Origin: Octopus vulgaris
Taxonomy: Eukaryota
Assembly (NCBI GenBank): GCA_951406725.2
Contig: OX597831.1
Location: 61,876,001-61,940,000 of the forward strand
DNA length: 64,000 bases
Direction of reading: 5' to 3'
Each line of letters opens with the position of its first letter. Position 1 is the stretch's first letter. Shown piece after piece: positions 54,713 to 64,000 of the stretch. The notes under the pieces were generated by a model. It ran no database searches. It was not told the DNA's origin and saw only the letters and a list, made by a program, of their open reading frames with translations. A program made the position numbers and the translations under genes.

Positions 54713-55914
54713 TCCTACTACTGCTGCTGCCGCTTCTGCTGCTGCTGCTGCTACTACTGCTACTACTACTACTACTATAACATAACAACATGAACGAACG
54801 ACACAAACACAGAAAGATACAAGAACAATATCAAAAGTAAGGTTCAAGAACAGCAGCAGCAGCAACAAAAGAGAAAACGTAGGAGAGGGGAGGGTCAAAG
54901 TGCCATTAAGAAGAAAAACGGAATCGATAATAACGATATGAAGGGCACGGATATAAGCAGTGTGTGTGCACACATAATCCCACATGTGAAACACATAGAC
55001 ACTCGTATACACACGCAAGCATACATACGCGCACACACACATACACACACACAAATGCACACGCATACATGTCCCCACACACAGAGAAAAACGATGAGGA
55101 TACACATCCTAGAAGGATAGAATGGACTAAGCAGAGCAGAAGTATACACGCAGACAGAAGATGTCACTGGAGAGGTCACAGATGTGTGACGAACGATTTC
55201 CGGACAATGGACATCAGTTAAAATAAGTTGGAAAAATATGTCCTTTCAAGAAATATGCCAATATATGTATGTGTGGGAGTGTGTGTCTGTCTGTGTCTGT
55301 GTGTATAGGATTATACATAGAAGTATACACACGCATATACACACACATACTTATACGAGTGTTTAGGTGTGGGTTTCGTGTTTGCGCGCGTTGGGTGTTG
55401 CGCATGTGTTCTTTACTTGGGCTCCTTGAATGTGGGAGTGCAACAGGCAATTGAATTGCTCTATTTATGCATAACCGAAATATTTCTTGTGCCATGAGGC
55501 TTTCTTCTGCTTCCACTTTTCCATATATGGCAATCATTATTTAAACCTACTTCGCTAAAAGCATTTTACCATCGCTAAAAGAGGAATTGTACAAGGCCGG
55601 AGAATTAAGCTATTGTAACAATGTGCTTTTATCTACAGCACTAAAACATACATTTTTAGGGAAAATAGTAGCGATTTCATTGTATTGAAATTAAAAAGTA
55701 AAAGTAACTTTCAGAGTTACATCGCAAGATTATAGAAGCCATGTAATGTAAATAAGGTTTAAATTTAGGTTTTCAATGCAGTTAGCATACACGCATATAA
55801 TGTACATACATTCTCGTCACTTATAGTGTATACGCTTCTAACGCTTAAGTATTTTTAGCACTTTGCGTATTGTAGTATGTAAAAAACAAACAATATATAT
55901 TGTTGCGTGTATGT

Positions 55915-55926
55915 GTGTGTACACAC

Positions 55927-55995
<69 letters not shown>

Positions 55996-56015
55996 AGTGG
56001 CAGATATAGACACAT

Positions 56016-56080
<65 letters not shown>

Positions 56081-56082
56081 AC
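55915..56082. repeat. (TA)n/(GA)n compound microsatellite
   Basis: Direct inspection. Confidence 0.93.
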
Positions 56083-56737
56083 GCACGCACTTTTAAATAT
56101 CTTTAAAGCCACCTATAATAGAAACACCGTGGACTGTTGATATGACAATAGTTACAATCTAATTTTCTAGTTACATCAGAAACAATGAAAGAGAGAAATC
56201 TGTTCTATGAGAGAAAGATATTTCTGTAGTAGGTAGCAGAATTAATGATTCGAAACAAGATCTCAATTTAAATGGTCTATTGGTTAATTTATTTCAAAAG
56301 AAGCCTAATGTCGCTAAACAATTTTCGAATGAATTTGAAAATATATAAAAAAAAATATCTTTAAGAGACATAATTGCAATGAAAGTGACTGTATGTGAGT
56401 TAGTTTAGTCAAGTACTGTCGAAATATATATAAAAAAGTGTTTAAACAATGGGTAAGCTTCTTTGAATAGATATAATAAGTTTAATTGTAATCCTTATAG
56501 CTCTGTTTATATATATATATATTAATAATTATAAAAACAATCTACTGATTTAAACCAGTAGATAGAGTCGTCTGAATCCCTTATATATCATCATATTAGT
56601 TAATTTTAATTAGCCTAGGCGTAACATTGTAGCTGTTTGTTGTTAATTTTCAAGCAAATCAGTCTTTTGCGGCTCCCTCATTGGGTGTGGCATGAGTGTT
56701 AAACCTCTAGATTAGTTTCTTTTGGACATTTTTTATT

Positions 56738-57149
56738 GGGATCCTTTCGGTTTGAACGGCAGTTTTTTCTAGCGGTGTCATATGAAATTGTCACCCATAA
56801 TTATGACCCTAGTCTCGATCTATTGCATTTCAATCTATTTTAGGGTTAGACTTAGGATTAGTTAGGGTTGGGGTGGGGGAAGGGTATTTTTTTTCTTCAT
56901 AAATGTAAATAAACCCAATCTGTTTCTTAAACGAGGGACATTTTCATACGGCACAGAATGCTTTCACCTCAATAGACGTCATTGATTGGTTGAAATTGCA
57001 GAAATTGAAGAAAAAAACAACAAATATCTTACAAACCATAGAAGTTTCTCGATAAAGCCAAGAGAAAAAGATGTTTTATAAACACATTCTGCCAGTATAC
57101 GAAGATTAAAAGTGTTTAGTTACATAGAAATTATTTTTAAAAACTGCCC
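56738..57149. mobile_element. MITE-like element with internal degenerate TTAGGG repeats, right TIR truncated
   Basis: ggcagttttt (56758) / aaaaactgcc (57139) inverted; tttagggttagacttaggattagttagggttgggg inside. Confidence 0.55.
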
Positions 57150-57289
57150 TTTTATTGTGAAGAAATATAAACACTAGAGGTCTTCGAAGGTATCCAATTC
57201 GTTGCATACAGCCAACCATCTTTCGTGAGCGTACATGTTAGTTTCACTAATTGCTTTAAGTTACTATGTGGTCGTATAGAGACATAATC

Positions 57290-57510
57290 CTTATTTCAGG
57301 CCCTTGAAACTTAACCCTTCGATATATCCAGGATGTGACAACTCCAGAAAGCAGCACCAACACCAGCACCCGGGTGGTATCCGTTTATAGTTGACTAAAC
57401 TGGAGCAAGATGATAGAACATGCATAACTCAAAGATGCAAGGCTCCTGGAAGTCTAGAAATTTAATCAGTGACTTTATGATCAAATTCCTAACATTCTAA
57501 GCACTGACCC
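57290..57510 (-). mobile_element. Highly decayed CORE-like SINE
   Basis: gactaaactggagcaagatga..ctcaaag..ttatgatc..ctaagcactga resembles the 4424/54385 family. Confidence 0.45.
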
Positions 57511-58095
57511 AATTGCTTGTGTGTATTCTAAACTATACGGCTTGAGACATGATGAAGAAAAAATTACGGACAGTAAAGTTAGCTATTATACTACGAATGG
57601 TATTAGGTGATACCATTCGTAGTATAATACGCTAGTAGTAGTATGCTAATTAAAAGGATGCACACGTGATGTTTACCCCCAGTACTTTCCTGGCATTATT
57701 ATCCTATATGTTTTAGGAATAGTATATAGACGCCTAATTTTTCAATTATGTCCTTCTTTTTTAAGAAACTAAACATTGTAATTTGAGAAAGATTGCACTT
57801 CTAGTCCTAGCAGACCCTGTGGTTACGTAAAGTCTTCCTCACTCCGCTGTTATACCTGTCTCAGTTCTAAGCATATTTTTTGTATCAAATCCAGAACGAT
57901 TAAATTTGAGATAATTTTCAGATAAAAACTGAGCCCTTAGACAAAAGGACATGTACAAACGTACCCCTGTCTCTTTTTTTGTGCGGCAACAAATTCAAAT
58001 CTAAATTTTTAAAAAGCGATATTAAGAAAGTTGTTATCAGGGTTCATTTTTCAGTTTCATTATCTTGTTATATCCCAGTATGTCTATCTATATTA

Positions 58096-58296
58096 CATTG
58101 GATAACAAAAAGAAACGTAAGTTGTTTTAGTTTTTTCAACTGGTTTAGAACAATTTTGCACCGCTGAATCCGAAAATAACATCTGTTTCTATCGACCAGG
58201 CCAGGTTTCTATGCTAAGTTGATTTTTAAAAAATCTGATCTGACTAAATTGATTACATTTTTCTGATATTGTCGGCTGATTTTTGCTAATGTGTGT

Positions 58297-58369
<73 letters not shown>

Positions 58370-60528
58370 CTTGATACTTTGGATATTATTCATTAAATTG
58401 ATTATATTTTTCTGACATTATCGGTTGATTTTTGTAAATATTTCTCATCCGAAATAGGTTTTTAAGATAAAAATTGTTTTCTGTCACAATATATTATTTA
58501 AATGTTACAAACTTTGATTACTGTGACTTGAAGAGTAGACACTGATAAAGATGAGTACATGAAAATTAAATGTTATGTCATTGTTCAAAATTCAGGGCTT
58601 GAACTTGTGTTTATTCGAACCCCTAGAATGCTGAGCGGTAGGAATATCTCTCTTCAGAGTCCAACAGTAATCTGCCATCATAACTGCATCCAAGCTTCCC
58701 TGATACCTGGTCTCCATCTCTTTAATGTCCTGAATCTCTCCCCCTGCTCGTCGCTTATTGATCCCAGAATCTCAGGAAACTGATCCATGTGTGAGAATAA
58801 GTAATGCATTTTAATGCTCATGTTGCATCCGAGATTTCTGAAGCAGTCAACATATTGTTGGCAAGTTCTGCATAGTTCCTCGCCTTGTTGTTGCCAAGAA
58901 AGTTCTTGACGACCAGAACAAAAGCTTCCATGCTTCCAGTTCCACTTCGTTCATTGAGGTTTCAAACTCAAGCTCTCTGATGAGCTGATGGATTCGAGGA
59001 CCGTCAAAGATGTCAGTTTTCAACTGCTCAATAATCAATCCTGGAAAAGCCTGGCACAAGTAATTGAAGTAGCCACCATCCTTGTCCAGAGCTTTGGTGA
59101 ATTGCTTGATCATGCCTATCTTGATGTAGAGTGGTGAGAAGAGTATTCTGTCTTCGTCCACCGGAGGGTGGTTTATGAGGTTCTTAGCTCTGCAAGGCAC
59201 CAATTCCTCCCCCAAAGATCAGTCCTTCTTGTAATGCTGAGCAATGTCCCTAATGTCTCACATGCCAAGAAAGCATGAGTACTTGTTGAACCCAGACTGT
59301 TGTCCCGACAAAAAATTCACCGTCTTCAGATCAACACAAATAAACCACCGATGCCGATTATAACGAATTTTCTCTAGCACATACTTTACCGCTTCATATT
59401 TCTCCGTCAGTGTAGTGGAATGAGCGAGGGGTACAGAGGCAAATTGGTTGCCGTTGCGCAGCAGAATACGTTTCAGTGATCGCTTGCCGCTGTCAATGAA
59501 TAGTCTCCAATCTTTAGGTTCGTACTGTTGCACTCCAAGCTTGTAGAGAAGATGAGCAATTTCTGTACAGTACACCAAGTCCTCTTCAGAGAAAAAACGG
59601 AGGTACTTTTGTTGCCTGTTGCGGTAGAGGGTGATGCGAGCACTGTCAGAGAGGTGGTTTTTTCCCTTTAAACCGGATGCCAACAGTCAGGCAGAGGACG
59701 TTGACAATCCATGATCGCGAACTAGATCATTTTGCTCCTTTTTGGAAAAAAGTATGTGGAGCATCATCGTCAAGAACTACTCTTTCCACATCTTCTTGAA
59801 CGCTTAAGGATTCTACGTCACTAGAGTCAGGAAGTTCTCCGAAGACAGGTACTGGAATTTTATCACTGTGAGCTACAGGAGGACGTGCTGATTGAAGATC
59901 TCAGGATACTTGAGGCTGCTCCGGTTCTTTCTGTTGATCCCAGTCTCATCAATAGCGCAGAAATAGCAGTCAGGCCATGGTTTGTTGGCTCCCTCCGAAC
60001 CATGGGAATTCCAAACTTCAGACAACTCTTCTTGCCCTTGGTCCATAGACGCAGATTCTCGGTGCATGCTTTGCATACCATGTGTGGCGCCCACGCTTTA
60101 TCCTGGTCACCAAGTTTACTACCAAAATAAGCATGGTAAGCACGTTTTATGAAACTTGTGACTGGATTCCTGTTAGGAACAATGGTGTATTCAACGCAGA
60201 TGTAACAGAATACGTTGGATCTACATTTGCAAGATCTTCTGCTCGAAGCCATTTCATTCACCTGTAAAATAAAAATACCAATTAGTCATAAATAAGCACA
60301 TGCAAACTCTTCTGAGTTCGTTTATTACAAGAAATAAAAAAGAATTTTGCTTCATATAAAGCAAATATACTCGTTCTGATAAAAAAAAAGAAAACGTAAA
60401 AAATATGTGGTCGTAGTTCAAAAAGCTGACCTGATTGAGCAAGACCAATGTGCCTTTTGGATTTAACGCATCAGAATTGTCCTAAACCCCCGAAAAAATT
60501 TAGACAATAATTTTGTTGTTGACCAGTG
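58096..60528 (-). mobile_element. Full-length Chapaev3-like (CMC superfamily) DNA transposon, inactive
   Basis: Termini cattggataacaa / ttgttgaccagtg; TTA on both flanks (3-bp TSD); imperfect subterminal inverted similarity over ~115 bp; family name is from recalled motifs. Confidence 0.8.
58592..60252 (-). pseudogene. Chapaev3-like transposase pseudogene
   Basis: FCYIC, KLGDQDKAWAPHMVC, REPTNH..DCYFC, NDLVRD, WRLFIDSGKRSLK, CVDLK..GQQSG, PLYIKIGMIKQFTKAL, IFDGP, SDEQGERF, MMADYCWTLKRD; several frameshifts. Confidence 0.88.
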
Positions 60529-60723
60529 TTATAGATACTGCTCTGAAAATGAATGATCAATCCAAAAGTTTGATATTTTTGCAGGAAAGCAATTACATTT
60601 TTTTTGTTCTAAGTAGGTCAACGATGCACATAAAACGATTTGCTCAGTACAGCTTTTAGGTGAAGACCAAGCAAAATATCATGTTTTACATTGTAATGTT
60701 ACGATCAGTTCGAATATGCTTAA

Positions 60724-60923
60724 GGCACGTTCGAACCGGTGAACAAGCTACTCACTGCGTTTTGTCACGGAAAATATATCCCGTTTGTTGACAAATTGTG
60801 TGCATTCACCTATATCAGCTCGCCGCACCTCCTACCCAGACCATGAGATGCAAGCATTTTGGAGTAGCTATCTCTTCTTCGGTCACGTATATCAGGCAGG
60901 TTGGTCACCAGTTCGAACGTGTC
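60724..60923. mobile_element. ~200-bp MITE-like element
   Basis: Inverted termini ggcacgttcgaaccggtgaacaa / ttggtcaccagttcgaacgtgtc; no clear TSD. Confidence 0.55.
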
Positions 60924-62131
60924 GCCAACATATTCGGGCTGATAACATTACAATTTTACTTACCACTGCTTAGCGCTCCCCACAACTCATGTTTTACAGT
61001 TACTTAATTTCTGTGATTAAATTATTGTCAATGCAGTTAAATACTAACTAGTCGAATAATTTCTAATTCGTTTGTTATGGTGCTGGAATCTATTTGTTGA
61101 CGTCTAATTTATTCCTGTAGAGTAAGACATTCTTAGAAAACAGCTATAAATCAAGGATTGTCTACTCGAAACAGATTTACTAAGTTTGTATCTGAAGTAA
61201 ACACAGTTTAATGTCACGTCTTTACATACGCTTTTGTTCTTTCGAATGAAATGCTACCTTTGTTTATCATACATTTTATTTTTACTTTCGGCTATTTATG
61301 ACAAGAAGTAATAAGTTGTCTCTTGATCCCACGTTGCCCGACAGAACTCAGGCCGCAAGATCAGCTCCTGTCATGCAGTGTGACATATAAATTAAGTCAG
61401 AGAACTAATCAATAAGAACATTTTATCATAACTGGAATTTTTCTATAAACAAAGTTTGGAAAAATCTTTTCTTGTCTTAGTGAATGCCATTCTTGCAAAG
61501 TATAAAAGAAAAATAATAAGTATTATCGGGACAAAAAAATCAAATGAAGTTGTCAGAACATTTCAATAATTCAGTATCCATGATACTTTCTGTAATCCAC
61601 ATCAAAGAAAACAGTGTATATTGTCACTGCTAGTCTTTAGTATGTCACTCAGCATTATATTCAATTATATATTTATATTAAATCGTTCTGTCTATGGTAC
61701 ATAAAAGACTACAGAACTGACGTTCTAATTACGGTTTCTGACAAACAGACATCTATTCTTATGTCCCGATACTATCCCTCACAAATCACCATATATTTTC
61801 AATAATAGCTAATATCATAAATATTCACAGATCCTATGTTCCTATTTAGGGCCTGATACAGAATAACATCGTTCTAAACTTTAACACTTAGAAAGAGAAG
61901 CTGTCTGACCGCACAAATAATAAGATAATGCTTCTTCGTATAATTTCGTAACTTGTCATCTTATACGGCATTGATTGTAAGGACAATTTAAGTCTTATAT
62001 TGTAGATTTTAGTCACATGAAATATGGATATCACCAGAGGACTGTATATTAATATAAACATCGAGCTAAGGGAAAGAGTCTACGCATACTATTAGAAATA
62101 GTAGTCACATTCCTATCAAAAGGCAAGTATT

Positions 62132-62427
62132 CTTGTTTGTTCCTTCTCGAGCCATCCCTGGCTCATAGGGTCGGTTTCCCGGTTTCCTTGGCGTATAGGT
62201 TCCTCACCTGGATGGGACGCCGGTCCGTCGCAGATGAGCTGCAAGATGCGGGAGGAAATAGTGAGGGAAAATTGTGGCGAAAGAGTCAGCAGAAATTCGC
62301 CATTACCTTTGGCCGGAGCCGCGTGAATCTTAGGTGTTTTGCTCATAAACACACATATCGCCCGGTCTGAGATTCGAACCCGCGATTCCTCGACCGCTGT
62401 TTTAACCACTAGGCTATGTGCCTCCAC
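62132..62427 (-). mobile_element. tRNA-derived SINE, 19811 family
   Basis: Aligns with 19811-20106. Confidence 0.9.
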
Positions 62428-62664
62428 ATCATAAAGTATACTATTGTATTAAATATATAAGGGTACACTGGGAAATATATTGCTGATATACAAATATATG
62501 AGTTGATTAGTGTTGAATTGCCTTTAATAATTAGTCTACTCAATAAAGGTTAACTTGCGGTGAAGAAAAACAGCTCCAGTAACCATGTTGTAAACTTTTG
62601 TAGTGCTACATTATTTCCTAATGATCCTTTCTACAGTAGATACAAGGTCTAAAAATTTCGAGGC

Positions 62665-62775
62665 GGAGACTAGTCGATTACATCGACCCCAGTGTTTCAC
62701 TGGTACTTAATTTATCGACCCCGAAAGAATGAAAGTGACCTCGACGGAATTTGAACTCAGAACGTAGCAACGGCT
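62665..62775 (-). mobile_element. Nin-like SINE fragment
   Basis: ctggtacttaatttatcgaccccgaaagaatgaaag. Confidence 0.85.
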
Positions 62776-63348
62776 AAATATTTCCAGAAAGCAATTCTTT
62801 AAAAATAGGACACATCAATGTTTGAATTTCTCAGTATATGTAACAAAATGTTTAATTCATTAAAATGTTAGGATTCATGTCCATGAAGTAAGTTTTGAAA
62901 TAACATCATTAACCAATTACCAAACATTACTGTTTAGCTTTCTCAAGAAAGATCAGGATTTGAATTTTAGATTGCGGCATGTGTTAATGCAAATAAAATC
63001 ATATATGCCATTTATCATTAGTAATGTATTTCACGGCTCCTAACAAATTTATTATTCCGTTAGATTAGTATGCATTTGATAACCTGTTTGTAGGGATTCA
63101 AACTATTCTTTAGATAATTGGTATTGAGGTTTTATTTGCGCTAACATAAAAGATATACAATTGATATGAATGACGCTGACAGAACGCGTATTATCAGTAT
63201 AATACAAAAATAGTCTACACATTTGCAGAACCTCTAAAATTGCTGCAACGAAGCTTGAAACCTTCAATATGCTTTAGGATGCATGCTTCTATCATTCAGG
63301 CAGTTAAAGCAAAACTCTCAAATTTGAGCTCAATATTAATAAATATAT

Positions 63349-63763
63349 ATTTCTTTACTAATCACAAGAGGCTAAACATAAAGGAGACAAACAAGGGCAG
63401 ACAAAGGAACTAAGTCGATTACATCGACCCCAGTGCGAAACTGGTACTTTATTTATCGACCCCGATAGGATGAAAGGGAAAGTCGACCTCGGCGGAATTT
63501 GAACTCAGAGCATAACGACAGAGGAAATACCTATTTATTTACTACCCACCAGGGGCTAAACACAGAGAGGACAAACAAGGACAGACAAACGGATAAAGTC
63601 GATTATATTGACCCCAGTGCGTAACTGGTACTTACTTACTCGACCCCGAAAGGATGAAAGGCAAAGTCGACCTCGGGGGAATTTGAACTCAGAACGTAAC
63701 GGCAGACGAAATATCGCTAAGCATTTCGCGCGGTGCGCTAACGTTTCTGCCAGCTCGCCGCCT
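63349..63763 (-). mobile_element. Dimeric Nin-domain-like SINE
   Basis: Two tandem bodies inside a 22-bp TSD gagctcaatattaataaatata (63326-63347 / 63766-63787). Confidence 0.93.
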
Positions 63764-64000
63764 TCGAGCTCAATATTAATAAATATAAGTTACCGATTAC
63801 AAACTATCAACAGATACATTTTTGAGACAAAGTAAACTTGAAATGTAAAATGCATTACCAAATAAGATGCATATCGTCCAGGTTTCACTATTAAATATGT
63901 TTGTCGTTTCAGAAGCAAACAAGCTATTTCATGTAAAATGAAAAGCATTGTTTCGAGAGTATTATGTCACTGTAATATGCTGAATGACGTAATCAGGACT

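Larger units (their letters stand above)
52335..55230 (-). mobile_element. Old Penelope-like element with long inverted pLTRs and a nested SINE
   Basis: Inverted similarity 52490-53085 / 54260-55228; decayed RT-thumb/GIY-YIG coding region between; hammerhead motifs in both arms. Confidence 0.8.

Noticed and set aside
60721-60743. miR-124-like sequence (taaggcacg...cggtgaa)
   Set aside because: Interrupted by 7 nt, no precursor hairpin of the right size, and it coincides with the terminus of a MITE-like element

Overview
AT-rich eukaryotic DNA, probably from an octopod cephalopod. The taxon is inferred from the SINE families and microsatellite load, not proven. I could not support any host protein-coding exon, and most supplied ORFs are microsatellite artefacts. 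The window is a patchwork of transposable elements: about 20 tRNA-derived SINEs from several families, two near full-length dead mariners, a maT-like Tc1/mariner relic, a complete but inactivated Chapaev3-like DNA transposon, CR1, RTE and L1-like LINE fragments, several MITEs, and many Penelope-like element (PLE) pieces. The most interesting signal is a recurrent architecture of short elements embedded in (TA)n tracts, each with an inverted (fold-back) copy of part of its terminal repeat. Most carry minimal hammerhead-ribozyme-like motifs. Their catalytic cores differ between families in a compensatory way (C3-G8, U3-A8, G3-C8), with further variants (A6U, an extra purine after A9, loss of helix II). 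All ribozyme calls are manual folds and untested for activity.
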